DNA from: Alphaproteobacteria bacterium
GTDB taxonomy: Bacteria > Pseudomonadota > Alphaproteobacteria > UBA8366 > GCA-2717185
Length of the DNA: 64,000 nt
Assembly (NCBI GenBank): GCA_012103325.1
Contig: WLWY01000001.1
Coordinates: 1,508,986 to 1,572,985 of the forward strand
Direction of reading: 5' to 3'
Part shown: piece after piece, positions 49,621-60,482 of the stretch
Position numbering within the stretch: the stretch's first letter is position 1
Layout: each line of letters begins with the position of its first letter
The notes under the pieces: generated by a model
Seen by the model: the letters and a program-made list of their open reading frames with translations, nothing else
Told to the model about the DNA's origin: nothing
The model's database searches: none
Position numbers and translations under genes: made by a program

Positions 49621-50736
49621 ATGAGCGACCCGAACGGGGCACCCCTCAAGCGCACGTCGCTCTACGACCTGCATGTCCGGTCCGAAGGGAAAATGGTGCC
49701 CTTTGCAGGCTACGAAATGCCTGTCCAGTTTCCGGCCGGTGTTTTAAAGGAGCATCTGCATACGCGTGCAGCCGCGGGCCTCTTTGATGTCTCCCATATG
49801 GGGCAGCTCTATCTGCACGGCGATGGCGCAGCGGCCGCACTGGAGACACTCGTTCCCGGCGATATTCAAGCGCTGGCGCCAGGCTGCACCCGTTATACGC
49901 AATTTACTACCGAAGCCGGCGGCATCCTGGACGACCTCATGGTCACCCAGGCTGGCGACCGGCTTTACCTTGTCGTCAATGCCGCGTGCAAGGAGGCGGA
50001 CATAGCGCTGCTTCGGGACGGGCTGCCTAAAGACATTGCGATCGAGCTGCTGGACGACCGAGCGCTGATTGCGCTGCAGGGGCCGATGGCGGCCGCCGTT
50101 TTGGCGCGGCTGGCGCCGCAGGTTGCCGAAATGCCCTTTATGTCGTCGGCTTCCGTCATGATCCTTGGGACATCTTGCACTGTCGGACGGGGCGGCTATA
50201 CGGGGGAGGACGGCTTCGAAATCTCGGTGCCGGCGTCGGCTGCTGAAGATCTGGCGGCGGCCCTGCTCAATGAGGCTGAGGTTGTGCCGATCGGGCTTGG
50301 CGCGCGCGATTCGCTGCGTCTCGAATCTGGGCTGTGCCTGTACGGCCATGACATTGATACGACGACGACACCCATCGAGGCCGGCCTCCTATGGTCGATC
50401 AGCAAGCGCCGCCGCGCCGAAGGCGGGTTCCCTGGTGATGCGGTCATTCAGCGGCAAATCAAGGATGGAGTGGCGCGAAAACGCGTTGGTCTACGGCCCG
50501 AGGGGCGCGCGCCGGCGCGTGAAGGAACCAGGGTTACGGATGAGGCGGGTGCGGAAATAGGCACCGTGACGAGCGGCGGTTTTGGTCCGTCCGTTGGCGG
50601 TCCGGTATCGATGGCCTATGTCTCATCGGATTTCGCATCGATAGGAACGTCGGTTTTGTTGGAGGTTCGGAACAAGGCGATGGCCGCCTCGGTCGTTGCC
50701 ATGCCATTCGTGCCGCAGCGGTATTACAGGGGCTGA
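49621..50736 (+). CDS. gcvT: Glycine cleavage system aminomethyltransferase (T protein)
   Basis: ORF 49594..50736 trimmed to ATG 49621 (GGAGG at 49609-49613). [11 protein letters not shown]...[13 protein letters not shown] is the typical GcvT N-terminus. Confidence 0.92.
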   Translation: MSDPNGAPLKRTSLYDLHVRSEGKMVPFAGYEMPVQFPAGVLKEHLHTRAAAGLFDVSHMGQLYLHGDGAAAALETLVPGDIQALAPGCTRYTQFTTEAGGILDDLMVTQAGDRLYLVVNAACKEADIALLRDGLPKDIAIELLDDRALIALQGPMAAAVLARLAPQVAEMPFMSSASVMILGTSCTVGRGGYTGEDGFEISVPASAAEDLAAALLNEAEVVPIGLGARDSLRLESGLCLYGHDIDTTTTPIEAGLLWSISKRRRAEGGFPGDAVIQRQIKDGVARKRVGLRPEGRAPAREGTRVTDEAGAEIGTVTSGGFGPSVGGPVSMAYVSSDFASIGTSVLLEVRNKAMAASVVAMPFVPQRYYRG

Positions 50737-50749
50737 AAGGAGAGGTGAT

Positions 50750-51124
50750 ATGAGCGAGATGAGATTTACCGAAGATCATGAATGGGTGCGTATAGAGGGC
50801 GATGTCGCAACGATCGGCATTACCGAATATGCGCAGGATCAGCTGGGCGATATCGTTTTTATCGATTTGCCTGAGTCCGGGGCGGAATTCGCGCAAGGCG
50901 ACGATGCTGCGGTGATCGAATCGGTCAAGGCCGCCAGCGATATTTACGCGCCCGTCTCCGGCGAAGTCGGCGAAGTTAACGAGGCGCTGGACGTTGAACC
51001 TGCCACGGTCAATCAGGATGCCGAAGGCGAAGGTTGGCTGTTCACGCTCACGATTTCCGATCCGGGCGAGCTCGATAACCTCATGGATGCGGACGCCTAC
51101 AAGGCCTTCGTCGCCAAACTTTAA
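50750..51124 (+). CDS. gcvH: Glycine cleavage system H protein
   Basis: Trimmed to ATG 50750. [10 protein letters not shown] and lipoyl-lysine context [17 protein letters not shown]. Confidence 0.92.
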   Translation: MSEMRFTEDHEWVRIEGDVATIGITEYAQDQLGDIVFIDLPESGAEFAQGDDAAVIESVKAASDIYAPVSGEVGEVNEALDVEPATVNQDAEGEGWLFTLTISDPGELDNLMDADAYKAFVAKL

Positions 51125-51145
51125 CAGCATACGGGAGAGAGCCGC

Positions 51146-54016
51146 ATGGATCGCACCCCCTTGCAGACCCTCGAACAGCACGATGATTTCATTTCCCGTC
51201 ATATCGGTCCGCGCGATTCCGATATTCAGGCGATGCTGGACACCATTGGTGTGGAATCACTCGACGCGCTGATCGTACGTGCCGTGCCGTCCGGGTTGCG
51301 GTCCGATACGCCTCTCGATCTGCCGCCGGCGCGCCGCGAAGATGATGTGCTGGCGGAGTTGCGGGCGATGGCGGGGCAGAACACGGTTCTGCGCTCTATG
51401 ATCGGCATGGGATATTACGATTGCTTCACGCCGGGTGTCATCCTGCGCAATGTGCTGGAAAACCCCGGCTGGTACACTGCCTACACGCCGTATCAACCGG
51501 AGATATCGCAGGGGCGACTCGAAGCGCTGTTGAACTTCCAGACCATGGTCATGGATTTGACCGGTATGGAAATGGCCAATGCGTCTTTGCTGGACGAGGC
51601 AACGGCTGCGGCCGAGGCGATGACTCTGTGCCGGCGGGTTGGGAAGAAAAAGAGCGATAGCTTCTTCGTTTCCGATGCCTGCCATACCCAGACGATCGAC
51701 GTCTTGCGCACCAGGGCGGCGCCGCTCGGAATATCTTTGATCGTTGGCGATGTTAGGACCGATTTGGCCGATGCCGATCCGTTTGGCATTTTGCTGCAAT
51801 ACCCTGCCAGCGATGGTGCGGTGGAAGATTATGCCGACGTTGTTGCAACTGCGCATGACGCCGGTGCGTTGGTGACGGTTGCGGCGGATTTACTGGCGCT
51901 TACGCTTTTGACGCCGCCGGGTGAATGGGATGCGGATGTCGTGGTCGGCAGCGCGCAACGCTTCGGTGTGCCCATGGGGTGCGGCGGGCCGCATGCGGCG
52001 TTTCTGGCGACTCGCGAAGCCTATCGTCGGTCGATCCCCGGCCGCCTGGTCGGTGTCTCGATCGACATGGCGGGCCGGCCGGCCCTTCGGCTTGCCCTGC
52101 AGACGCGGGAACAACATATCCGGCGCGAGAAGGCGACAAGCAACATCTGCACCGCACAGGTTCTTCTCGCTGTCATGGCGGGGCTCTACGCCGTCTATCA
52201 TGGCCCGGAGCGGCTCGAAACCATCGCCCGGCGGGTGCATCGCCTGACCAGTGTCGCCGCGGCAGGATTGCGCGGTCTGGGTTTCGATATGGCGAACGAT
52301 AGCTGGTTCGACACGCTGTGCGTTCGTGCGCCGGGTGCGGCGTCATCCCTGCTCACGAAAGCGCGGACGGAGGGATATAATTTCCGCCAGATCGACGATG
52401 GTACCCTGGGCCTGTCGTTCGACGAAACGACGACGACGGACGATATCGCGGCTGTACTGCGGATATTCGGCGGCGATGGATCGGTCGGTGAAACCGATAC
52501 CGGGGTGGAGGATGATGCTATTCCGTCCGCGTTGCGGCGGACTTCGCCGTTCCTTACGCATCCGGTATTCAACAGCTATCATTCCGAGACCGAGATGCTG
52601 CGCTATCTGAAGCGCCTGCAAGATAAGGATATCGCGCTCGACCGGTCGATGATTCCGCTCGGCTCCTGCACGATGAAGCTGAACGCGACGACGGAAATGG
52701 CACCGGTGACATGGCCGGAATTTGGACGCATTCATCCCTTTGCACCGGACGATCAATTGGTCGGTTACCGCACTTTGATCGAAGGCCTGGAAGTGATGCT
52801 GTGCCGCGCGACCGGTTTCGACGCGGTTTCCTTCCAGCCCAATGCCGGCTCGCAGGGTGAATATGCCGGACTGCTGGTTATACGCGCTTACCATGAAAGC
52901 CGCGGCGAGGGTGGGCGCGATATTTGCCTGATCCCCAGTTCGGCGCACGGCACCAACCCGGCGAGCGCGGTGATGGCGGGCCTCAAGGTCGTCGTGGTCG
53001 ATTGCGACGATCACGGCAATATCGATGTCGACGATCTGAAGGCGAAGGCGGAGACCCACGCCGATGCATTGGCCGCCTTGATGGTCACTTACCCGTCGAC
53101 GCACGGTGTGTTTGAGGAACCGATCCGCGATATCTGTGCCATCGTCCACGACAACGGCGGACAGGTCTATCTGGACGGTGCGAATCTGAACGCGATGCTG
53201 GGCGTCTGCTACCCGGCAGATTTCGGCGCCGACGTATCGCACATGAACCTGCATAAGACATTCTGTATCCCCCATGGCGGCGGCGGTCCGGGCATGGGGC
53301 CGATCGGTGTGCAGGCGCATCTGGCGCCGTTCCTGCCTTCGCATCATACGCAGCCGATGGCGGACGAAGCGGTTGGTGCGATTGCGGCTGCACCCTGGGG
53401 CAGCCCGAGCATCCTGACGATTTCCTGGGCGTACATCGCCATGATGGGCGGTAATGGGTTGCGCCGGGCAACGGAATTGGCGATTCTGAATGCGAACTAT
53501 ATCGCACATCGGCTCAATCCGTATTTCCCGGTTCTGTATACCGGGCCAGGCGGTCTGGTTGCGCATGAATGCATTGTCGATCTGCGGCGGCTCGAGGGCG
53601 ATATCAGTATCGACGACGTCGCGAAGCGGCTGGTCGATTTCGGTATCCATGCGCCGACCATGTCCTTTCCGGTCGCGGATACCTTGATGATCGAACCGAC
53701 GGAGAGCGAATCGAAGACAGAAATCGATCGGTTTTGCGACGCCATGATCGCCGTTCATGGGGAGATCGCTCGCGTCGAATCGGGTGCATTGGACCGTGAA
53801 GACAATCCCCTTCGCAACGCACCGCATACGTTGGAAGACGTGGTCAACGACAGCTGGGCCCACGCCTACTCGCGCGAAGAGGCGGCTTTCCCGTCTGCCG
53901 CGACGCGGGAAAACAAGTATTGGCCGCCGGTCGGGCGGATCGATCAGGTCTATGGCGACCGAAACTTCGTCTGTGCCTGCCCGCCGCTCGACGCGTACCG
54001 CGACGCGGCGGATTGA
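51146..54016 (+). CDS. gcvP: Glycine dehydrogenase (decarboxylating), single-chain P protein
   Basis: 956 aa. PLP-lysine context [40 protein letters not shown]. Confidence 0.95.
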   Translation: MDRTPLQTLEQHDDFISRHIGPRDSDIQAMLDTIGVESLDALIVRAVPSGLRSDTPLDLPPARREDDVLAELRAMAGQNTVLRSMIGMGYYDCFTPGVILRNVLENPGWYTAYTPYQPEISQGRLEALLNFQTMVMDLTGMEMANASLLDEATAAAEAMTLCRRVGKKKSDSFFVSDACHTQTIDVLRTRAAPLGISLIVGDVRTDLADADPFGILLQYPASDGAVEDYADVVATAHDAGALVTVAADLLALTLLTPPGEWDADVVVGSAQRFGVPMGCGGPHAAFLATREAYRRSIPGRLVGVSIDMAGRPALRLALQTREQHIRREKATSNICTAQVLLAVMAGLYAVYHGPERLETIARRVHRLTSVAAAGLRGLGFDMANDSWFDTLCVRAPGAASSLLTKARTEGYNFRQIDDGTLGLSFDETTTTDDIAAVLRIFGGDGSVGETDTGVEDDAIPSALRRTSPFLTHPVFNSYHSETEMLRYLKRLQDKDIALDRSMIPLGSCTMKLNATTEMAPVTWPEFGRIHPFAPDDQLVGYRTLIEGLEVMLCRATGFDAVSFQPNAGSQGEYAGLLVIRAYHESRGEGGRDICLIPSSAHGTNPASAVMAGLKVVVVDCDDHGNIDVDDLKAKAETHADALAALMVTYPSTHGVFEEPIRDICAIVHDNGGQVYLDGANLNAMLGVCYPADFGADVSHMNLHKTFCIPHGGGGPGMGPIGVQAHLAPFLPSHHTQPMADEAVGAIAAAPWGSPSILTISWAYIAMMGGNGLRRATELAILNANYIAHRLNPYFPVLYTGPGGLVAHECIVDLRRLEGDISIDDVAKRLVDFGIHAPTMSFPVADTLMIEPTESESKTEIDRFCDAMIAVHGEIARVESGALDREDNPLRNAPHTLEDVVNDSWAHAYSREEAAFPSAATRENKYWPPVGRIDQVYGDRNFVCACPPLDAYRDAAD

Positions 54017-54022
54017 TTCGAT

Positions 54023-54361
54023 CTAAACGATTATATCGTCGTCATCGTCGATCAGGTTGTTCAGGGCAGACAGGTTTCGGCGCAGGGATTGACGCCGCAG
54101 CAGTTTCTTTTGCGCTTCGGCGGGGAAATCAGTGAAATTGACAATGTTCTTCGCGATCAGGACATCGATCAGTTCTTCCACGATGCGCGCCATTTCTCGG
54201 TCGCTGGCAGCCAGTTCATCACGGGTGCCCGGTGTTTCGCCAGCTTCGAGATAACGGCGCAACTCCGTATCGTCGGCATCCAACTGTTCCTGCGCTATGG
54301 GCGTCGGTTTGTTGAACACGCCAGTGATGGCGCCACTGCTATTTCGCGAGACGAAAGGCAT
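54023..54361 (-). CDS. Small acidic hypothetical protein (112 aa)
   Basis: Complete ORF with a GGGGG Shine-Dalgarno-like run about 7 nt upstream and a plausible own promoter. Ends in DDDDDIIV. I cannot name the family with confidence. Confidence 0.5.
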   Translation of the reverse strand: MPFVSRNSSGAITGVFNKPTPIAQEQLDADDTELRRYLEAGETPGTRDELAASDREMARIVEELIDVLIAKNIVNFTDFPAEAQKKLLRRQSLRRNLSALNNLIDDDDDIIV

Positions 54362-54378
54362 ATCTGACCCCCAGACAA

Positions 54379-54408
54379 ATCATACGGGCGTGTGCGGGTT
54401 CCGCTCAA
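54379..54408 (-). promoter_or_regulatory. Candidate sigma70-type promoter for the 54023..54361 gene (TTGAGC-N18-TATGAT on the minus strand)
   Basis: The minus strand reads ttgagc ggaacccgcacacgcccg tatgat ttgtctgggggtcagat ATG. Pattern match only. Confidence 0.3.
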
Positions 54409-54433
54409 TAAAAAAGCCGCCAAATTGGCGGCT
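54407..54433 (-). terminator. Rho-independent terminator of the atp F0 operon
   Basis: The minus strand reads AGCCGCC aattt GGCGGCT followed by ttttttatt, about 30 nt downstream of the atpF stop codon. Confidence 0.8.
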
Positions 54434-54461
54434 CTTCCAGGTCGAGGTGAGTGACAACGGC

Positions 54462-54950
54462 TTAGTGCAGGCGATTCGGCAGTGTCTTGATTGCTTCATC
54501 GATGAGTTGGTCGCCAGCATAACCGGAGAGTTTCTCTTCGAGTAGCTTGACCGTTGCCGATAGAGCGACTGTGACCGCGCGGTCTCTGATTTCTTGTATG
54601 GCTGCCGCTTCAGCTTGCTGAATTTTTTCTTGCGCCAGTTGCTCCTGGCGCTGCAGCATCGTTGCCAGCGCGTTCTCGGCGCTTTTGCGGTACGCTTCCG
54701 CTTCCGCTTTCGCCCGCGCCATCATCGCTTCCACCTCTTGGGCCGCGTCGCGCTGCTTGCGCTGATAGGAGGCAAGGGCGGCCTGTGCCTCTTCGCGCAG
54801 CCGCTGGGCTTCATCGATCTCGTTGCGAATCTGATCGATCTTGCCGTCCAGCGCGCCGGTCAGGGCGGCGCGGATCGGTTTGAAGACCGCGATGACGAAT
54901 ACAACAAACGCGACCATGACCCAGAAGGTCGGGTTGTGCATAAGGTCCAT
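54462..54950 (-). CDS. atpF: ATP synthase F0 subunit b
   Basis: 162 aa. N-terminal TM FWVMVAFVVFVIAVF, then a long charged coiled coil. Last gene of the F0 operon. Confidence 0.85.
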   Translation of the reverse strand: MDLMHNPTFWVMVAFVVFVIAVFKPIRAALTGALDGKIDQIRNEIDEAQRLREEAQAALASYQRKQRDAAQEVEAMMARAKAEAEAYRKSAENALATMLQRQEQLAQEKIQQAEAAAIQEIRDRAVTVALSATVKLLEEKLSGYAGDQLIDEAIKTLPNRLH

Positions 54951-55441
54951 CAGGCACGCTCCTGCATGACGGCTGAGACGGCTGCGTTCGCCTCATCCCG
55001 GCTAATATCGCCACCGGCCAATCGGCTCGCCGCTGCTTGTGCGAGGTCCCCGGCTATATCGCCAATATCGCCGATTGCCCGCGCCTTTTCGTCCGCAATC
55101 CGTTGCTCGGCCGCCGCAAGCTGCTCGCCCAGCTTTGCCGCGAGAGCTTCCCGCTGCTTGTCCGCGTCTTCCGACATCTTACGGGCCGCTTCGCGCACGG
55201 CGTCCTGGGCCTTGGCGGTCGCCTCGGCAATGGTCTTTTCATAATCCGCAAGCGCTGCTTCCGCTTCGGATTTGAGCGTTTCTGCCTTTTCCAGGTCGGA
55301 CTCGATCCGGCCACGACGTGATTCACGCACGTCTGTCACACGCGGTAACGCCACCTTCCACAAGATGAGGTAAAGCGGAATAAAGGTCAGCGCCAGCCAG
55401 AACAGCTGCGTTGGGAAGACCGATGGATCAAGTTGCGGCAT
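54950..55441 (-). CDS. atpF2: ATP synthase F0 subunit b'
   Basis: ORF 54950..55540 trimmed to ATG 55441 (MPQLDPSVFPTQLFWLALTFIPLYLILW). Second b-type subunit, as in alphaproteobacterial F0 operons. Confidence 0.85.
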   Translation of the reverse strand: MPQLDPSVFPTQLFWLALTFIPLYLILWKVALPRVTDVRESRRGRIESDLEKAETLKSEAEAALADYEKTIAEATAKAQDAVREAARKMSEDADKQREALAAKLGEQLAAAEQRIADEKARAIGDIGDIAGDLAQAAASRLAGGDISRDEANAAVSAVMQERA

Positions 55442-55475
55442 GAGTGCTTCGCTTCGCGGTTTGCGGGATCGAGAG

Positions 55476-55700
55476 TTATCCGAACAGAATGAGAAGCGCA
55501 ATAACCAGCGCGAACAGCGCGATCGCTTCAACAAGCGCAAAGCCGAGCATCGTCATGGTAAAAACTTCACCACGCGCCGCCGGGTTGCGCCCCACCGCGA
55601 GAATGAAGGAGGAGAACACGTTGCCGATGCCGATTCCGGAGCCGATCATTCCGATCACCGCAAGGCCGGCGCCGATAAGTTTTGCAGCTGCGACTTCCAT
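55476..55700 (-). CDS. atpE: ATP synthase F0 subunit c
   Basis: 74 aa. [17 protein letters not shown] and the proton-binding Glu in [12 protein letters not shown]. Confidence 0.92.
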   Translation of the reverse strand: MEVAAAKLIGAGLAVIGMIGSGIGIGNVFSSFILAVGRNPAARGEVFTMTMLGFALVEAIALFALVIALLILFG

Positions 55701-55766
55701 GATTTTGTTCCTTTTGTCTTTAGTGACGTTTGATTCGTGTGATCCGTTATGCGTTACACAAGCGCA

Positions 55767-56489
55767 TTAGTGCAGGTGCAGCGCGTCGTTGATGTAGAGA
55801 CAGGTAAGAATAGTGAAAACGTATGCCTGCAGGCAGGCGATCAGAATTTCCAGCCCCGTCAGCACGACAACGAAGGCGAAAGGCAGGATGCCCGCGAAGC
55901 TTAGGATACCGATGAAGCCGGCGATCACCTTCAGAAGGGTATGCCCCGCGAGCATGTTCGCGAATAGGCGCACCGACAGGCTGATTGGACGCGACAGGTA
56001 TGAGATGATCTCGATCGGGATCAGCAGCGGCCACATCGGCAATGGGGTGCCCGGCGGCACGAAAAAGCTAAAAAAGTGAAACCCGTGCTTTACGAAGCCC
56101 AAAACTGTCACGCCGAGGAATACGACCAACGCAAGTGCGAAGGTGACGACAATATGGCTGGTAATGGTGAAGCTGTAGGGCGTCATGCCGAGCAGATTGC
56201 CAAACAGGACGAACATGAAGAGGGTGAAGACGAACGGGAAATAGCGCCGGCCTTCGTTCCCGACCGTGTCGCGCAGCAGATTGGCGACAAATTCGTAGGA
56301 CATCTCGACGGCGCATTGAAACCGCCCGGGAACCAGTGCGCGATTCCGCATGCCGAGCAAAACAAACCCCGCAGTGAGCACCACCGTCAAAACCATATAA
56401 AGCGACGAGTTCGTGAACGAGACGTCCACGTCTCCGAGCTGAAGCGGGATGATTGGGTGAATTTCGAATTGTTCTAGCGGACTGGCCAC
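55767..56489 (-). CDS. atpB: ATP synthase F0 subunit a
   Basis: 240 aa. Essential Arg context LSVRLFANMLAGH. Confidence 0.92.
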   Translation of the reverse strand: MASPLEQFEIHPIIPLQLGDVDVSFTNSSLYMVLTVVLTAGFVLLGMRNRALVPGRFQCAVEMSYEFVANLLRDTVGNEGRRYFPFVFTLFMFVLFGNLLGMTPYSFTITSHIVVTFALALVVFLGVTVLGFVKHGFHFFSFFVPPGTPLPMWPLLIPIEIISYLSRPISLSVRLFANMLAGHTLLKVIAGFIGILSFAGILPFAFVVVLTGLEILIACLQAYVFTILTCLYINDALHLH

Positions 56490-56502
56490 TGTGCGTCCCC
56501 GT

Positions 56503-56874
56503 TTATTCCTTGTCCTTCACGTCGTCTTTTCCTGTCTCGTCGTCGGGTTTCTTGTACCCGGCGGCTAGACCGTATCCGCCCGCAAAACGGAATACGTTTA
56601 GCATTCCTGCCGCCGCGCCAAGCACAAAAAATAAAACGAGAAACCAAGGTTTCGTATCAAGCCAATAATCCAGGAGAAATCCGATTCCAACCCCGACAAT
56701 TAATGCCGCAACTAAGTCGACCCCGATCCGCAAAGCGACGCCGAGGCCGCTTTGAGTTCCCGTCTTATCCCCCTTGCCCGATTCTCCCTTGGCGGTCCCG
56801 CCCCGATGGCTGCGAGCGGCACGAAGCCGATCATCCAGATCTTCCAGCGGAGCAGGTTTTCGACCTTCGGCCAT
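56503..56874 (-). CDS. atpI: AtpZ/AtpI family protein (ATP synthase protein I)
   Basis: 123 aa, two TM helices (GVALRIGVDLVAALIVGVGIGFLLDYW...). First gene of the F0 operon. Confidence 0.75.
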   Translation of the reverse strand: MAEGRKPAPLEDLDDRLRAARSHRGGTAKGESGKGDKTGTQSGLGVALRIGVDLVAALIVGVGIGFLLDYWLDTKPWFLVLFFVLGAAAGMLNVFRFAGGYGLAAGYKKPDDETGKDDVKDKE

Positions 56875-57014
56875 GGCAATACACCCCTCCGAACGGCTTC
56901 AACCAATGCTGAAAGCGCGCGAACAATACTGTTGAGTATATGTTAAGTCAAGGCGCAATGGCCGTGTTGCATGCGGTCAAAAGTCGCAGAAAACCGGGCC
57001 TTTTCGGATGCGCG

Positions 57015-60000
57015 TCAAGCTGTCGCGCGGAGTTCCTGCGCGCGCTGCAGATCGACCGAAACGAGTTGGCTCACACCGCGCTCGCCCATCGTGACGCCGA
57101 ACAGGCGATCCATGCGCGCCATGGTGATGCGATGATGCGTGATGACGAGGAACCGCGTGTCGCTGCTATGGGCTATGTCGCCAAGCAGCGCACAGAAACG
57201 GTCGACATTGGCGTCGTCGAGCGGTGCGTCGACCTCGTCCAGCACGCAGATCGGAGCGGGATTCGTCAGGAACACGCCGAACAACAAGGATATTGCGGTC
57301 AGGGCCTGTTCGCCGCCCGACAGCAACGACATCACCTGAAGCTTTTTGCCTGGCGGACTCGCCATGATTTCAAGGCCCGCCTCCAGCGGATCGTCGGCCT
57401 CGGTGAGCGTGAGGTAGGCCCGCCCGCCACCGAATAGTTTCACGAAGAGTTCCTGGAAGTGAGTGTTGACCGTTTCGAACGCTGCCAGCAGACGTTCCCG
57501 ACCTTCGCGATTCAGCTGCCCGATTCCTTGGCGCAGCCGGGCGATCGCGGCGACCAGGTCTTCGCGCTCGCCCTGCATCGACGCGATTTGTGTTTCCAGT
57601 TCCTGCGCCTCGATCTCGGCACGCAGGTTCACGGGGCCCATATTGTCGCGCTCCCGTGTAAAGCGCCCCAGTTTGATATCCACGGCTTCCGGTTCCGGTA
57701 GTTCCTCGTCCTCCGGGATGCCGGCTTCCCGCAGGACCGCATCCGGCTCGCAGGAGAGGCGCTCGGCGATCCGTTCCCGAATCACCGCACTGTCGTTGGT
57801 CGATTGTTCGACCTGCGCTTCGCAACGGACGCGCTGCTCTCTGCTCTCTGCGAGGCTTGCTTCAGTGGACCGGAGTGCTGCGTCGGCCTCGTTTTGTGCT
57901 GCCTCACCGCTGGCCAATGCGTCGGCGGCAGTCCCGCGCCGCGTTTCCGCCTCGCTGATTGCGCCAAGCAGCGCATTGCGTTGAGTTTCGATTTCCGCCG
58001 GCCGCACCGCAAGCGTCGCACGGTCCGTCTCCGCAGCGTTGCTGCGGGCTTCCAAATCTGCGAGGCGCTCGGATGCGCCTTTCAGCCGGTTTTGCCACGT
58101 CTGCTGTTCTTCCGACACGTTGTGCCGCCGGGCGGTGCGTTCTTCCGACTCGCGTGCCAGCCGATCATAGGCGCTGCGTTTTTCCGACTGATCGGCGCGC
58201 AGTTCGCCCAGTTCCGCCCGCAGCCGGTCGATAACGGCTTGCCGGGCATCCGGATCCTCCAGCTCATCGATCGCCTGCCGCGTCGATTTCCATTGCAGTT
58301 CCGCTTCGTTGAGATCGAAGGCCGCCTGGTTGGCGGCATCTGCCAGTGCTGCGAGACGCGACTGCGCAGCAGCGGCTTCGCCGGAGACGTCGCCAAAGGC
58401 CTGACGCGCTTCGTTCAGCGCCGTAAATGCCTCGTTGAGGGTCTGCCGAGCTTTCCGCTCCAGGGACTCCGCTTCTTCACGGTCGCGTTTTGCCACATCG
58501 AGGGCGGCCTGGCGCGCGTTGAAGTCTGGGTCCATTGCTGCGAGCTTTTCACGCAGGGCGTTCAGACGATTGCGCTGGCCCAACCGTGTTGCGGCGGGTG
58601 TCGGGGCGCCCGCGGAGACGCGATAGCCGTCCCAGCGCCACAGGCTGCCTTCCCGGCTGACAAGCCGCTGTCCCGGTCTGAGGTTCGCGTGCAGAGCTTC
58701 GCCCGCCGTGTCATCGTCAACGACTCCGATCTGCGACAGGCGCCGGCTCAATGCCGGCGGTCCTTTGACGAACTGCGCCAGCGGTTTCGCCTTATCGGGG
58801 AGGTTCTGCAACACCGACAATGCCGGCAGAATGGCCCAGTACACAGGCGCGGCCGTGTCTATCGGCGCTTCGATATCCTCACCCAGCGCAACACCCAAAG
58901 CGGCTTCGTAGCCCGGCTCGACGGCGATCGATTCAATGAGCGGCGCGAAGAAGTCGCCTTCTGCCGGGTCGACCAGCTCTGCTAACGCGCGAATTTCGGC
59001 ATTGATCCGTCCGCGTTCGGCTTCGATGTCCCGCGCGTTGTCGCGCGCCAGGGTCTCCGCACCTTGCGCCTTTTTGAATGCGCTTTCTGCGACAGTTGCC
59101 GTTTCACGGGCTTTCTCGACTTGCTGTTCCGCCGCGCCGATGGCATTTCGGATGGCTTCGAGCGTAGAGTCGTCAGCAATCTCTGCGGCCAATCCGACGC
59201 GTTCGTCCTCCATTTCGCTGGCGCGATGCTTCAGTTTCTCGATACGCTCCCATAGCTGATCGCGCTGCCGCTCCAGTGTGGACCGTCGGACCTCGGCTTG
59301 TGCCGCGGCGGCCATCAGTTCATTCAGCTCGGTGTCTTTTGTGTCCACCTCGACCGTAACGGTTTCCAGCGCAGCTTTTGCATCTGTTTCGGTTTCCGTC
59401 TCGCTCGCCAAGGCCGAGTCGATGGCGCCTGCTTCCGTTTCGAGGCGCGTGATGGCGGTCTGCGCGTCGGCCGCAAGGGATCCTTCGCGTTCGATGTCGC
59501 TCGTGATCTGTTCGTGGCGGCGTTCGACTTCCGCTTGGGCTTCGGTAAGCCTTGTTTCTTCACGTTCGAGCTCGTTGCGCGCCAACAGAAGGCGCTGCAG
59601 CTCGGCTGCCGCTTCGGTTTCTTTCTGTCGTAGGTCGGGCAGCAATGCCGCGACCTCTGCTTGCCGTGTCGCCGCAGCACCGGCCGTTTCCGTGCGTCCG
59701 TTGACCTCGGCTTCGGCCTCGCGCAACCGTACCTGCGCGGCTTCAAGCGCTTTGGTCGATTCCTGCCAACGTAAATGCAGCAGCACGGCTTCGTGCTTGC
59801 GAATATTCTCTGACAGGCGGCGATAGCGGACCGCTTGCCGCGCCTGCCGCTGCAAGCCCTGATGCTGCCCTTCCAACGCTTCGATCACGTCGTCGAGGCG
59901 GCTGAGATTGGTTTCCGCGGCGCGCAGGCGTAACTCTGCCTCATGGCGCCGTGAATGCAGGCCGCGAATGCCGGCGGCTTCCTCCAGCAGGACCCGTCGT

Positions 60001-60476
60001 TCGGTCGGTTTCGCTCCGATCAGCGCGCCGATGCGACCCTGACTGACCATTGCCGTGGAATGGGCACCGCTGGCCAAATCTGCGAAGAGCAACTGCACGT
60101 CGCGCGCGCGGACTTCTTTACCGTTGATGCGGTATTGGGATCCGGCACCGCGCTCGATACGGCGGCTGACTTCGATTTCCTCAGAATCATTGAACGCCGC
60201 CGGCGCGGTGCGATCGGCATTGTCGAGACGTAAGACGACTTCAGCGATGTTCCGGGAGGGGCGCGAGGCGGTGCCGCCGAAAATGACGTCTTCCATTTCG
60301 CCGCCGCGCATACTTTTGGGTGACGTTTCGCCCATGACCCAGCGCAGAGCTTCGACGACGTTCGATTTACCGCATCCATTCGGTCCGATAACGCCGGTCA
60401 TGCCGGGCTCGATGTAAAGCTCGGTCGTGTCGACGAAGGATTTGAAGCCCGTTACCTGGAGCCGACTGAAATGCAC
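57015..60476 (-). CDS. smc: Chromosome segregation protein SMC
   Basis: 1153 aa. Walker A GPNGCGKSN, long coiled coils, signature LSGGEQAL, Walker B CVLDEVDAPLDD. Confidence 0.93.
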   Translation of the reverse strand: MHFSRLQVTGFKSFVDTTELYIEPGMTGVIGPNGCGKSNVVEALRWVMGETSPKSMRGGEMEDVIFGGTASRPSRNIAEVVLRLDNADRTAPAAFNDSEEIEVSRRIERGAGSQYRINGKEVRARDVQLLFADLASGAHSTAMVSQGRIGALIGAKPTERRVLLEEAAGIRGLHSRRHEAELRLRAAETNLSRLDDVIEALEGQHQGLQRQARQAVRYRRLSENIRKHEAVLLHLRWQESTKALEAAQVRLREAEAEVNGRTETAGAAATRQAEVAALLPDLRQKETEAAAELQRLLLARNELEREETRLTEAQAEVERRHEQITSDIEREGSLAADAQTAITRLETEAGAIDSALASETETETDAKAALETVTVEVDTKDTELNELMAAAAQAEVRRSTLERQRDQLWERIEKLKHRASEMEDERVGLAAEIADDSTLEAIRNAIGAAEQQVEKARETATVAESAFKKAQGAETLARDNARDIEAERGRINAEIRALAELVDPAEGDFFAPLIESIAVEPGYEAALGVALGEDIEAPIDTAAPVYWAILPALSVLQNLPDKAKPLAQFVKGPPALSRRLSQIGVVDDDTAGEALHANLRPGQRLVSREGSLWRWDGYRVSAGAPTPAATRLGQRNRLNALREKLAAMDPDFNARQAALDVAKRDREEAESLERKARQTLNEAFTALNEARQAFGDVSGEAAAAQSRLAALADAANQAAFDLNEAELQWKSTRQAIDELEDPDARQAVIDRLRAELGELRADQSEKRSAYDRLARESEERTARRHNVSEEQQTWQNRLKGASERLADLEARSNAAETDRATLAVRPAEIETQRNALLGAISEAETRRGTAADALASGEAAQNEADAALRSTEASLAESREQRVRCEAQVEQSTNDSAVIRERIAERLSCEPDAVLREAGIPEDEELPEPEAVDIKLGRFTRERDNMGPVNLRAEIEAQELETQIASMQGEREDLVAAIARLRQGIGQLNREGRERLLAAFETVNTHFQELFVKLFGGGRAYLTLTEADDPLEAGLEIMASPPGKKLQVMSLLSGGEQALTAISLLFGVFLTNPAPICVLDEVDAPLDDANVDRFCALLGDIAHSSDTRFLVITHHRITMARMDRLFGVTMGERGVSQLVSVDLQRAQELRATA

Positions 60477-60482
60477 TGAGGC

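Noticed and set aside
49572-49787. A 71-aa ORF with a perfect AGGAGG-N4-ATG immediately after the glycine riboswitch.
   Set aside because: As a protein it is out of frame with, and almost wholly inside, gcvT. Its sequence is Arg/Cys/Pro-rich without features. I keep only the first few codons as a possible regulatory uORF or decoy start (see the riboswitch finding).
57015-60476. The SMC-like ATPase as a possible defence system component (Wadjet/Lamassu-type).
   Set aside because: It has canonical chromosomal SMC length and motifs, and sits in the conserved smc-dsbA-DUF721-mutY neighbourhood. No JetA/B/D-like or LmuA/B-like partner genes are adjacent.
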